Numbered from the stretch's first letter, positions 9,007-18,865 are shown. The stretch: DNA of 32,000 nt from Candidatus Saccharimonadota bacterium (GCF_008189525.1 NZ_CP043314.1:300001-332000), one strand, 5' to 3'. Numbers and translations: made by a program. Notes: generated by a model not told the origin, from the sequence alone.

Positions 9007-10857
9007 TCAGAATTCTTCGTATGCTTCTATGCCAAGTAAATCTAATGATTTTCTGATTATCTTCCTTGCACAAAGTATGAGCTTGAGTCTTTCATTGCTA
9101 TGTAAAAATTTGCTAGATTCATTTTCTTTGCCTTCAGTCCACAAAACATGGAAATTTTCTGCAATTTTGTTTAAGTAAATCGAAATCCTGTGAACCTCTA
9201 AATTTCTACTCAGCGATTCAATTATCCTTCTCCATTCTAATATGGTTTTAGACATTTGTTTCATAGAGTTAGTGAAATCATCTATAGAATTTATTTCCCC
9301 ACCCAATTCATCCAAAAGAATACTTTCTTTTATTATTTCTGAGCCACTGGTTCCATTTGTTTTACAGTTAACCTTATCTTTGTCATCATTCAAGTTGTTT
9401 TCTTCTTTGTAAAGATTTTCTTTCGAATATGTAAAATTCTTTAAAGAAGATGCGATTCTACCATAGGCATGTTGTATGTAAAAAAATGGATTGTTTGTAG
9501 AAAATTCCTTTATTTTATCTATATCTATAGAAAGATGAGAATCTAAGTTTTTGCTTAACATGCTAAATCTAAAAATATCTTTTCCGATGTTATTTACAGT
9601 TTCTCTTAAGCTCAGTGCGTTTCCAGATCTTTTAGACAGCTTAATAACTTCTTCTCCAGATTTAAAGGTAACCATCTGACATGTTTTGATTGTCAGTTTT
9701 ACATCTTCAAGGCTTTTTACAGCATAAGATAGTCTTTTTGCATAGCTATCGTGATCAGCTCCTAAAATCACTATTAACCAATCGAATTTTCTTTGTATTT
9801 TATCGTAGAAATACCCTATATCGTTTGCAAAATAAGTTCTTGCTCCATCATGTTTTGTAAGAGCTCTGTCTTCATCATCTCCAAGTTTTTTGCTAGCAAA
9901 TATTTGTAATTTTTGTTTGTACTCTTTTCCTTTAGAGCTTTTTTTCTCATCCAATATACCTTCATAAACTAAACCTTTAGATCTCAATATTTCTATAGCT
10001 TCTATAGCTTTTTCTTGTACAGAAGATTCTGTAACCCAAGATTGATGTTCTATTCCAACAGATAACAAATCTTTTTTTATTATTTGTAACACATCATAAA
10101 TTGCTATTTTTTTGAAATGCTCTATATAATCTTTAGATAGCCATATATCACCATCATTTTTAAATATTTTCTGAGCTATATCTATTATATATTGCCCCTT
10201 ATAAAGTATTTCTAAACCTTTGTTAGGATTTAAATCTGTATAATTTTTAAGCTCATCTTTATTAGATAAAGAGATTTTTTTATACTCTTCAAACACAGAG
10301 TGCGCTAGTGTTATGGTTTGTGCTCCTGCATCGTTTATATAATATTCTGTCAAGACATCATATCCTAAGAATCTTAAAACCCTTGCTAATGAATCTCCAT
10401 ATACAGATCTAGAGTTTCCATAATGAAGAGGGCCTGTAGGGTTTGCAGAAACATATTCCAAGTTAACATTTAATCCTTTTTTTTCTACTTCAAGAAAACT
10501 GTCATCTAAAACATTGTTCAGTCCACTTATTATGAAATTATCAGATACATTTATATTAAGAAACCCATTTTGTAACCATGCTTTTTCTATATATTTATAT
10601 AGGTTTCTGTGATTATGTTCTGTTGAAGTTTTCTCATTATTAAATGTTTGTAATTCTGTATCTGATTTCTCAAGCAGTTTATTTTTTATCATTTCAAAAG
10701 AAGTATCAATACTGACTTTCATCTTTTTGCTTATTATTATTGGTGCGTTTGAAGATATGTCAGAATAATTATTGGATGGGTAAAAAATAAACTTTAGTTC
10801 ATTGTCTATTTTTTTTAATTTTGATTCTAGCAACTTTTGTAATTGTAAAAAATCCAT
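9007..10857 (-). CDS. argS: arginine--tRNA ligase
   Basis: SANPTGPLHYGNSRS (HIGH-region), ILGADHDSY, IKLSKRSGNAL, and a C-terminal anticodon-binding helix bundle (YIQHAYGRIASS). The track ORF starts at TTG 10875. I prefer the ATG six codons in (10857). Start uncertain by 18 nt. Confidence 0.93.
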   Translation of the reverse strand: MDFLQLQKLLESKLKKIDNELKFIFYPSNNYSDISSNAPIIISKKMKVSIDTSFEMIKNKLLEKSDTELQTFNNEKTSTEHNHRNLYKYIEKAWLQNGFLNINVSDNFIISGLNNVLDDSFLEVEKKGLNVNLEYVSANPTGPLHYGNSRSVYGDSLARVLRFLGYDVLTEYYINDAGAQTITLAHSVFEEYKKISLSNKDELKNYTDLNPNKGLEILYKGQYIIDIAQKIFKNDGDIWLSKDYIEHFKKIAIYDVLQIIKKDLLSVGIEHQSWVTESSVQEKAIEAIEILRSKGLVYEGILDEKKSSKGKEYKQKLQIFASKKLGDDEDRALTKHDGARTYFANDIGYFYDKIQRKFDWLIVILGADHDSYAKRLSYAVKSLEDVKLTIKTCQMVTFKSGEEVIKLSKRSGNALSLRETVNNIGKDIFRFSMLSKNLDSHLSIDIDKIKEFSTNNPFFYIQHAYGRIASSLKNFTYSKENLYKEENNLNDDKDKVNCKTNGTSGSEIIKESILLDELGGEINSIDDFTNSMKQMSKTILEWRRIIESLSRNLEVHRISIYLNKIAENFHVLWTEGKENESSKFLHSNERLKLILCARKIIRKSLDLLGIEAYEEF

Positions 10858-10971
10858 AAGAAGATAATACTTCAAAAAGCAAATACTTTATAGATTAGAA
10901 AACAGCTTATTAAATAATTTCATATGAGCTTGTCCAGTAAAATATATTGTCCTGAGGTGAATTTATTTAGA

Positions 10972-12348
10972 TTATATAATCAAGCCTATATTTGCTAAAG
11001 TTGTTTCCATGAAGTTTTTAACTTCCATGTATCCATTTTCATTCCATCCCTCACATCTAAGTGAAACAACATTTTCTGTTTGTGATGGTCTGATAAGCCA
11101 CCAACCCATAGGGTGGTTAACGATTATAGAATCATCTTTTAATTCAAAAGAATGATCTGATATAACCAAGATATTCTCTACATATTCCATGATTTCTTTC
11201 TTTTTCAAAGTTCCACATTTTATTCTTAGAGAAGGGCTGACCCATACTTTAGGGAATATTGATTTAATTTGATTTAATTTATACGGAAATATGCTCATAC
11301 AATCTAAAAATCTTAAGGCTGTAAATATTCCATCATCTATGGTGAAAAAATTATCTCTAAATATGTAATGACCGCTTATCTCTCCTCCTATAGAAGAGAG
11401 ATTCTTGTTCATTGCATTTGTTAAATAACAATGTCCAACCTTACTAAAGAAGCTTTCTATTTCAAATTCTTTTAACCAATCTGTTATTTTTTTACTAGAT
11501 TTAGATGTCCAAACTGTAGAAATTTTTTGTCCTGATTTGATTCTTTTTACTAAACTCAAAAAGCACAAAACTTCATCCCCAGTCCATACTTCTTTTTTTT
11601 CGTCAACTATAACTAATCTATCTGCATCTCCATCGAAAGTAAAAGCTATGAAACCAGGATTTTTATCTAACTCTTCTTTTGTTTTTTCTAAAAACGAAAT
11701 CTTGCTATTATCATAATCTGGTACATCTTTAGGTTCTGATCTAATGATCTTATGCTCACCTTTTAGATCTTTTACAGCCAGCTCTATAAACTCACCAGCA
11801 GCACCATGCCCACAATCCCATATTACTTTAGATTTTTCAGAAATATTAAAATTCCTTTTTATATAATTTATATAATTATCTACAAAACTTCTTTTTGTAA
11901 GTTTCCCAGATCCAGATCTAAAAGATTTGTTTACAATTCTTTCGTACATCTTTTGCAGATCATCTCCGAAAAATGAATTCCCAAATAATGAAAACTTAAA
12001 TCCATTGTAATGAGCTGGGTTATGAGATGCGGTTACTGAAATAGAAGCATCGCAATCAATAAAATTATATGAAGAACTTACATAAGGAGTTGTGGTTTTT
12101 CCTAAATCAATAACATTTGCACCAGAATCTAGAAGACCTTTTATAAGCATGCTTGAAAACATAGGAGACGTCTTTCTTCTATCTTGCCCAACAGAGACAG
12201 TTTTTCCTTCTTGTTGTTGAACTATAGACCCAAAAGCAAGTCCAACTTGGTAGGCATGTTCTGCGGAAAAATCTATTCCTACCTTTCCTCTTATATCGTA
12301 ATCTCCAATAACATTTCTCGGAAAAAGATTAGAAACCATAAACTCCAT
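10972..12348 (-). CDS. phosphomannomutase/phosphoglucomutase (alpha-D-phosphohexomutase family)
   Basis: Active-site loop SVTASHNPAHYNGFKF, Mg-binding FDGDADR, sugar-binding GGEISGHYIFRDNFFTIDDG. These are closer to the PMM/PGM pattern than to the GlmM pattern. Confidence 0.9.
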   Translation of the reverse strand: MEFMVSNLFPRNVIGDYDIRGKVGIDFSAEHAYQVGLAFGSIVQQQEGKTVSVGQDRRKTSPMFSSMLIKGLLDSGANVIDLGKTTTPYVSSSYNFIDCDASISVTASHNPAHYNGFKFSLFGNSFFGDDLQKMYERIVNKSFRSGSGKLTKRSFVDNYINYIKRNFNISEKSKVIWDCGHGAAGEFIELAVKDLKGEHKIIRSEPKDVPDYDNSKISFLEKTKEELDKNPGFIAFTFDGDADRLVIVDEKKEVWTGDEVLCFLSLVKRIKSGQKISTVWTSKSSKKITDWLKEFEIESFFSKVGHCYLTNAMNKNLSSIGGEISGHYIFRDNFFTIDDGIFTALRFLDCMSIFPYKLNQIKSIFPKVWVSPSLRIKCGTLKKKEIMEYVENILVISDHSFELKDDSIIVNHPMGWWLIRPSQTENVVSLRCEGWNENGYMEVKNFMETTLANIGLII

Positions 12349-12787
12349 TCTATTTAATAAAAATCTTATGTAAAGTTTAATGTTTGTTTATGTTTTATTA
12401 AAATATCCTAACATAACACCTATTTCTGACATGCCTAGCAAATCAGATTTAAATTCACACAACCAAACCATAAATCTGGCGAATATTAAAGCTAGAATAG
12501 AAACCGTACCCAACTATTAAAAAATACATATTAAACACAAACCAAATAAATTAACCTCAAAAATTAATCGTTAATAAGTAGTTAAAGAAATATAACACAA
12601 AACAAGATTAAAAGTTACTTTATAAAAAATTTATTTCACTATATATGTGCATTCTGCACGCGTATAACATACATATATTATATAATTTTCGTATTAAAGT
12701 TTTCGCTTAACTTATTTTATATTTATTTGTAATCATGCAGTTTAAATCATTATTAACATACTAAATTAATTTCTATATTTAACTAAA

Positions 12788-13108
12788 CTAAGTTTCTATA
12801 TTTATATTACAAACAGCAACTGGATTTACTTTTAATCTCCTTATATCTATCGGATCTCCCGTTCTCATACATATGCCAAATTTGTTGGTTTCTATTCTGC
12901 TCAAAGCCATGTTTACTTGTTTTAGCATTTCCATTGCTTTGGTTTTTTCTATCACTCTTGTGTTAGATGATTTTTCGTTTAAAGCTGCATCATAAGAATC
13001 AGCAGATTTTTCAAACTCTAGTTCGTCTGTGATAATTGAGCTAAGCTCTTCTTTCATTCCTAAAAGAACTTTTCTAAAATATCTTATTTCTGAATTTTTT
13101 AAAAACAT
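12788..13108 (-). CDS. dksA: DksA/TraR-family RNA polymerase-binding regulator, short form with degenerate zinc finger
   Basis: Coiled-coil tip motif DSYDAA (DxxDxA). C-terminal FGICMRTGDPIDIRRLKVNPVAVCNI corresponds to the DksA CxxC-N17-CxxC region but reads CxxT-N16-CxxN. Confidence 0.8.
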   Translation of the reverse strand: MFLKNSEIRYFRKVLLGMKEELSSIITDELEFEKSADSYDAALNEKSSNTRVIEKTKAMEMLKQVNMALSRIETNKFGICMRTGDPIDIRRLKVNPVAVCNINIET

Positions 13109-13254
13109 AACAATATAACTCTCTCTTTTTAGATTTTTATTACATTCCAGTTAAAAAAAATAAAATAAAAACAAGTAAAATAAAGTAAAAACACCTAAAA
13201 ACTAATGTTTTTTTTAGCAAAAAGAATAATAAAATAGGTTATTTTATTTGTATT

Positions 13255-13530
13255 ATGAAAACAATCATTTTACAGGCTATTATAATATCAACGTTTTTAT
13301 CTAAATTCAGCTTGATGCTTTCTGTTTCTTTTTATCTATTCTCAGTAGTTTTATTAAGGCTTTTTAGCTATGAAATTTGGCCAAAAAATATTATAAATCT
13401 AATTTACTCTATCTCTACAGGAGTTTTGTTTGCACATATAAGCAGAAACATACTAAAAGGATTTGACTCTTATTCTTTAGGTATACTGGTTTTTTTACTT
13501 TTCTTTGCAATGAGTCAAAAAGCTGATTAG
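13255..13530 (+). CDS. hypothetical small membrane protein
   Basis: 91-codon ORF with about three hydrophobic segments. No SD and no recognisable family. It could be spurious. Confidence 0.35.
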   Translation: MKTIILQAIIISTFLSKFSLMLSVSFYLFSVVLLRLFSYEIWPKNIINLIYSISTGVLFAHISRNILKGFDSYSLGILVFLLFFAMSQKAD

Positions 13531-13559
13531 TTAAATAGAATAACGTGCAACAATCTGCT

Positions 13560-13976
13560 TTAGCTAGCTTTAATCTTTGTTTGTCTAATGTCTATGATGC
13601 AAGAAATCATTTTTTGTATGTCATTTTCTGGATCTTTTACTATAGAGTGAATCATAATTATTTTTTTCGAATTACCATTTTTGCTTTCAAAATTAATCGT
13701 ATCAAATGCTATTGTGCCAGGAGTTAGTGTTACCCAAGTAGACAATAGCTCTGCATCGAAATCAGAAAGCATCGAAATATCAAGGTTTATGACACTTTCA
13801 TAAAACTCTCCTAAAAATCCATTCTTTATAAATAAGTACAAGGATTTTACTATGAAATAGAAAAACAAGAAAAAGAATCTCGAAAAACAAAAAGTTTTAC
13901 ATAAAATTGCATTTTTACAAAAAATTTCATTAATTTTAAGATAGACAAAATTGCCAATTTTCCTTAACATGCTCAT
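13560..13976 (-). CDS. Mrp/Mnh-type cation:proton antiporter subunit E-like protein
   Basis: SDFDAELLSTWVTLTPGTIAFD...KKIIMIHSIVKDPENDIQKMI matches, as I recall it, the MrpE signature (TDWELSLLASLISLTPGTLSMD...YIYIHAIDVPNKEKMI in B. subtilis MrpE). The N-terminal half is shorter than canonical MrpE. Confidence 0.55.
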   Translation of the reverse strand: MSMLRKIGNFVYLKINEIFCKNAILCKTFCFSRFFFLFFYFIVKSLYLFIKNGFLGEFYESVINLDISMLSDFDAELLSTWVTLTPGTIAFDTINFESKNGNSKKIIMIHSIVKDPENDIQKMISCIIDIRQTKIKAS

Positions 13977-14711
13977 GTGAATAGTAATTTATATCAAATT
14001 CAAAATATTTTCAAAAGGTATGGAAAGAAAGACATATTGAAAGATGTTTCTTTTTCAATTCCAGAAAAATCAATAGTTGGTTTAGTTGGTTTAAATGGAT
14101 CAGGAAAAACAACATTATCTTCAATAGTGTCTGGATTAAAGCCATGTACATCTGGAGATGTTCTTCTTAATGGAAAAACAGCTTATAAAAACATAGATGA
14201 ATACAAAAGGACTATAGGACTTTGTCCTCAAAGAACTAATCTGGATAACAGGTTTACTGTAAGAGAGAACTTAATAAATGATGCAGTTTTTTTTGGCATT
14301 AGCGATGAAAGAATAAATATTAATTTAAAAAAAGTTATTAAGAAATTCAATTTAGAAAAGTATTTAGACTTTAAGCCAGCAGCTTTATCTGGCGGTTACA
14401 AACAAAGAGTTTCTATAGCAAGAGCGCTAATGCACGAAGCTTCTTTAATAATATTAGATGAACCAACTTTAGGGTTAGATCCAAATACCAGAAAAAGTCT
14501 TTGGGATGTTGTAAAAAACCTAAAAGAAGAGGGCTGTTCTGTGCTAATTACGACACATTATATGGACGAAATAGAAGGCTTAATTGACAAGCTTTGCATT
14601 CTAAGTAAGGGAAAAATATTTTTTGATGGAACTGTGGATGAACTTAAGAAAAATAAAAACAGTGATTTAGACAAAATATTTAATAAACTTGCAGAAGAGG
14701 AGTGTGAATAA
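13977..14711 (+). CDS. ABC transporter ATP-binding protein (ABC-2 type exporter partner)
   Basis: Walker A GLNGSGKTT, Q-loop, signature LSGGYKQRVSIARAL, Walker B LIILDEPT, H-loop TTHYM. GTG is the only possible start because a TAA lies at 13965-13967 in frame. Confidence 0.93.
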   Translation: MNSNLYQIQNIFKRYGKKDILKDVSFSIPEKSIVGLVGLNGSGKTTLSSIVSGLKPCTSGDVLLNGKTAYKNIDEYKRTIGLCPQRTNLDNRFTVRENLINDAVFFGISDERININLKKVIKKFNLEKYLDFKPAALSGGYKQRVSIARALMHEASLIILDEPTLGLDPNTRKSLWDVVKNLKEEGCSVLITTHYMDEIEGLIDKLCILSKGKIFFDGTVDELKKNKNSDLDKIFNKLAEEECE

Positions 14712-15523
14712 TGAAAATGATCTATAAACTTAAGTCATTAAGAGAAACTATTCTTAATAGAAGCGTAAGGAGTTTTATAAAATCAGAAGTATCTGTAACT
14801 ATAAAAAGTTTGAAAGATGCAATAATAAACTCAGTTATATGGTCTGCCATGATTGCTGTTACATCTGGATACATATTGCAATCATTTGGTATGTCAAAAA
14901 ATTATGGAGAATTCCAAGCAGCAAGTTTGATAACAAGCGCTGTAGGTTTTGAAACTTACAGAACAATATTTAGGCTTTTGAGCGATATTGAAGGTGAAAA
15001 AATAATTCTTTACTATTTTTCTCTTCCAATAAAATCAAATGTTGTGTTTTTTAGATTATGTGTAATTTTTGCACTTAACGGAGTTATAATGTCTACAGTA
15101 ACTTTGTTAGTTCTAAAAGCAGTGCTATGGAATCAAATCAACATAGCTAACATAAATTTCGCACTTTTCTACTTAGTTGTGATAGTTATAGCTTCTTTAT
15201 TTGCTACATTTTCTATATTTCTTACAGCTTATACCCCTAGCATGCAAAAAATTGGAAATACCTTAATGAGAGTTTTATTTCCTATATGGTTTATGGGAGG
15301 GTATCAGTTCTCGTTTGCAGCAGCAAAATCAATATCTAATGTTGTTGCTTGCATGTCTCTTGTTAGTCCATATATGTACGCAAATGAAGCAATGCGTGGA
15401 ATAATCCTCAGCTCAGGAGAATTCATACCTATTTGGAAATGTTTAACAGTTCTTGTTATTATGACTGTCATTTTTTGGAAAATAGGAATTTCTAAAATAA
15501 AAAGAAGACTAGATATAATATAA
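14711..15523 (+). CDS. ABC-2 type transporter permease
   Basis: TAATG overlap with the ATPase gene. SD GAGGAG at 14695-14700. About six hydrophobic segments and a size typical of ABC-2 membrane subunits. Confidence 0.8.
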   Translation: MKMIYKLKSLRETILNRSVRSFIKSEVSVTIKSLKDAIINSVIWSAMIAVTSGYILQSFGMSKNYGEFQAASLITSAVGFETYRTIFRLLSDIEGEKIILYYFSLPIKSNVVFFRLCVIFALNGVIMSTVTLLVLKAVLWNQINIANINFALFYLVVIVIASLFATFSIFLTAYTPSMQKIGNTLMRVLFPIWFMGGYQFSFAAAKSISNVVACMSLVSPYMYANEAMRGIILSSGEFIPIWKCLTVLVIMTVIFWKIGISKIKRRLDII

Positions 15524-15607
15524 GTCACATTACAATAATTATATAAATCACAAAAATCATATTGTATTAAAATATTTATTTATTCTTCTATAGATTTTGA
15601 TCTTTTT

Positions 15608-16255
15608 TTGAAATATTTTTACTACATGATTAGTTATGTAGAAAAAGATTGGATAATAGATGGAAATGGAGATGTGGTCATCTGTTTGCACGGATATGGA
15701 TCATCATCCCCTGATCTAGAATCACTAGGAACAAGAATAAAATCTGAAATTCCTAATTCCTGTGTGTTAGGAATAAATGCACCTTTGCAATTAGAGCAAG
15801 GCGGCTACAGCTGGTTCAAAATGGGCAAAAATATAAACAACTGGATATCTGGAATGAGAAATAGCTTTGATTATATTAAAGAAAGAATAAATCATCATGG
15901 AATTCTGGATAGAAAAATTATTTTTACAGGATTTTCTCAAGGAGGGATAGTTTCTGCTTACTCAGCATTCCTAGGAAAAGAATCTTTTGATAATTGTCAA
16001 AATATAGTTGGCGCTATTTCTTTATCTGGAGGGGCTTTGTTAGAAAAAAAGCCATCTCTAGAATCTAAATTTTGCATGATACATGGAACAGAAGATTCTG
16101 TAATCCCACTTCTTTGGTCTGCACAAACTATCTTTACGTTAAAATCTTGGAATATAGATCACGATTTTCATGTTATAGAAGGAATGAATCATGAAATAAA
16201 TTCAGAAGCTTGTAAAAAAACAGTGCAGACCTTAAAAAAATGGATAAATGGTTAA
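15608..16255 (+). CDS. phospholipase/carboxylesterase-family alpha/beta hydrolase
   Basis: VVICLHGYGSS oxyanion region, nucleophile elbow GFSQGG, acid HGTEDSVIP, catalytic His GMNHEI. The start could be TTG 15608 or ATG 15626. Confidence 0.8.
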   Translation: MKYFYYMISYVEKDWIIDGNGDVVICLHGYGSSSPDLESLGTRIKSEIPNSCVLGINAPLQLEQGGYSWFKMGKNINNWISGMRNSFDYIKERINHHGILDRKIIFTGFSQGGIVSAYSAFLGKESFDNCQNIVGAISLSGGALLEKKPSLESKFCMIHGTEDSVIPLLWSAQTIFTLKSWNIDHDFHVIEGMNHEINSEACKKTVQTLKKWING

Positions 16256-16360
16256 TTTAAACTAAATTTAATTGGTTTTTACTTAATTTTAATTGATTTT
16301 GTTTTGTTTTTTTTGTTTTACTTATTGCATCATTTGAAAGTAATTGTCAAAGTAATAAGG

Positions 16361-18688
16361 ATGACCTTAGAAGAAAAAAATTCTGAAATTCATTTAGATA
16401 AGTCAGAAAGATCTATAGCAGTTATACCATTGAAAAATTCTGTCATGATACCTGGAAGTGTCTTGCCAATATTTATAGGAAGAAAAATATCTGCAAAAGC
16501 TATTGAGTACAAAAAAGGGAAAGAGGTTGTTTTTTTAACACAAAAAGATCCTTTAGTAGAATCCCCAACATTCGATGACTTATATAAAATAGGAACATTA
16601 GGAGAGATAGCTTACGTTTTTGAGCTTAGTGATGGAACTCTTAAAATTTTTGTAGAAGGAAAGAAAAGAGTAAAAATAAAAAAGGAACTAAAAACTGATC
16701 CATTTTTAGAAGCAACTTTCGAAATTTTACAAGAAGAAAAAAATGAATTTAAAAGTGAATCTATTTCAATAAGAAGTTTGATAAAATCTTTTGGGCAATA
16801 TTTAAAAATAGTTGGGCAATATCCTTCAGATCTTCTTGTTTCCATATCTTCTATGAGCGATGCAGGAAGAATATCAGATATTATAACTGAAAATACATTC
16901 TTGAAACTTCATCAAAAACAAGAAATCTTAGAAGAGCTTAATTTAGAAAAAAGAGTAAATCTCATTAATCAACTAATAGAATCAGAAATAGAAGCTGTAG
17001 AATTAGAAGATAAAATAAGAAAAAGGATAAAGAAACAAGTTGCAAAAACACAAAGAGACTATATTCTTCAAGAGCAAATAAAAGCTATACAAAAAGAATT
17101 GAACTCTGGTGAAGAAAACGAAATATCTAATTATAAGAAAAAAATAAAAACTCTTAAGCTTTCTAAAGAAGCTAAGGAAAAATTAAATCAAGAAATAAAA
17201 AAGCTTAGCACAATGAGCCCACTTTCTTCAGAAGCTTCTATAGTAAGAAATTATTTAGAAGTTGTTTTAGAACTACCTTGGAATAAAAAGCAGAAATTAA
17301 ATGAAAGCTTTAGAAAAGCAAAGAAAATTCTAGATAATAATCATTATGGTTTAGAAAAAATAAAAGAAATAATATTTGAATTACTTGCTTTGCAAAAAAG
17401 ATCTAAAAGTGTGAAAAATTCTGTACTTTGTTTCTTAGGACCTCCAGGTGTAGGAAAAACTTCTTTAGCAAAAAACATAGCTGAAGCAATGGGCAGATCA
17501 TTTGTAAGAATACCTTTAGGAGGAGTCCAAGACGAAGCTGAAATTAGGGGACACAGAAGAACTTATGTAGGAGCAATGCCTGGAAAAATCATTCAAGGAT
17601 TAAAGAAAGCAAATTTTTCAAATCCATTAGTATTATTAGATGAAATAGGAAGCATAAATTACAGTTATAGAGGAGATCCTGCCTCTGCATTGCTAGAAGT
17701 TCTAGATCCAGAGCAGAACTCTCATTTCCAAGATCATTATTTAGAACTAGAGTACGATCTTTCTGATTGCATGTTTATAGCAACTGCAAATGAGCTTAAC
17801 TTACCTCCAGCTCTTTTAGATAGACTTGATGTAATAAACCTAAGTGGATATACAGAACAAGAAAAAGTGAAAATAGCTGAGAAACATTTAATACCTAAGC
17901 AAAAAGAACTTCATCACCTAAAAAACGATGAAATTACTTTTTCTGAAGGATCAATAGAAGAAGTAATTAGGAAACACACAAGAGAAGCTGGAGTAAGAAA
18001 CTTAGATAGAGAGATAGCAAAAATTTCTAGAAAAGTTTTGAAGAAAATAGAAAGTGAAAGCATAAATTCTATAGAAATTCACAAAGAAAATGTAAAAGAT
18101 TTCTGCGGAATAGAGAAATACTCATCTGATGCAGCTGAATTAGTTGACAGAACTGGAGTAACAACTGGAATGGGTTGGACTCCTATGGGTGGAGATATAA
18201 TGTATGTAGAGGCTACAATTTACAAAGGTTCTGGAAAAATAGTCACTACAGGTAAGTTGGGTGATGTTATGAAAGAATCCATACAAATTGCATTAAGCCT
18301 CTTAAAATCCAAAGCAGAAGAATTTAAAATAGATCAAGATCTTTTGAAGAATTCTGATATACATGTTCATTTTCCAGAAGGAGCAATTTCTAAAGATGGA
18401 CCTTCTGCTGGTATAACTACATGCTGCTCTATTTTGTCTGCTTTAACTTCTAAGAAAATCAAAAGCAATCTTGCCATGACAGGAGAAATCAGCTTAAGAG
18501 GAAGGTTGCTTAAAATTGGAGGAGTTAGAGAAAAAGTATTGGCTGCTCATAGAAGTGGAATAAGAAATATAATTCTTCCTGAAGAAAATAAATGTAGCGT
18601 AGAAGAGATTCCTGAAAATGTTAGAAAAACACTTAACATAATGCTTTGTGACAAAGTAGAAGAAGTTTTAGAGTATGCAATTGTTTAA
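16361..18688 (+). CDS. lon: ATP-dependent Lon protease
   Basis: LON N-domain (IAVIPLKNSVMIPGSVLPIFIGR), Walker A GPPGVGKTS, Walker B LLDEIG, catalytic Ser in KDGPSAG and Lys in GGVREKVLAAHR. The track ORF begins at TTG 16304. ATG 16361 matches the normal Lon N-terminus. Confidence 0.97.
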   Translation: MTLEEKNSEIHLDKSERSIAVIPLKNSVMIPGSVLPIFIGRKISAKAIEYKKGKEVVFLTQKDPLVESPTFDDLYKIGTLGEIAYVFELSDGTLKIFVEGKKRVKIKKELKTDPFLEATFEILQEEKNEFKSESISIRSLIKSFGQYLKIVGQYPSDLLVSISSMSDAGRISDIITENTFLKLHQKQEILEELNLEKRVNLINQLIESEIEAVELEDKIRKRIKKQVAKTQRDYILQEQIKAIQKELNSGEENEISNYKKKIKTLKLSKEAKEKLNQEIKKLSTMSPLSSEASIVRNYLEVVLELPWNKKQKLNESFRKAKKILDNNHYGLEKIKEIIFELLALQKRSKSVKNSVLCFLGPPGVGKTSLAKNIAEAMGRSFVRIPLGGVQDEAEIRGHRRTYVGAMPGKIIQGLKKANFSNPLVLLDEIGSINYSYRGDPASALLEVLDPEQNSHFQDHYLELEYDLSDCMFIATANELNLPPALLDRLDVINLSGYTEQEKVKIAEKHLIPKQKELHHLKNDEITFSEGSIEEVIRKHTREAGVRNLDREIAKISRKVLKKIESESINSIEIHKENVKDFCGIEKYSSDAAELVDRTGVTTGMGWTPMGGDIMYVEATIYKGSGKIVTTGKLGDVMKESIQIALSLLKSKAEEFKIDQDLLKNSDIHVHFPEGAISKDGPSAGITTCCSILSALTSKKIKSNLAMTGEISLRGRLLKIGGVREKVLAAHRSGIRNIILPEENKCSVEEIPENVRKTLNIMLCDKVEEVLEYAIV

Positions 18689-18733
18689 AGTATGTTATTT
18701 AGATGCTGGCATATGAAACTATTTTTTTAATAG

Positions 18734-18757
18734 ATTTATGAAGCAAATTTATGAAGC
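18734..18757. repeat. tandem direct repeat ATTTATGAAGC x2 (13-nt period) in the lon-cysS spacer
   Basis: Identical 11-mers at 18734-18744 and 18747-18757. Confidence 0.6.
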
Positions 18758-18865
18758 TTTAATTTTAAAACTTTAATAATAATGATCAAATTATATATTT
18801 AAAAAATAATTACAGAATCAAGAACAATACAAAAAAATAAACTAAGCAACAATCTGGGAGATATT

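Noticed and set aside
13545-13727. 60-aa plus-strand ORF overlapping the mrpE-like gene
   Set aside because: The opposite-strand ORF carries a recognisable family signature (LTPGT...IHS). This one has none and would overlap it completely.
16256-16360. Possible heat-shock (sigma-32-type) promoter upstream of lon (TTGAAA at about 16334)
   Set aside because: No CCCCAT-like -10 element follows at the right spacing, and the hexamer is too close to the start codon. This cannot be supported from sequence alone.
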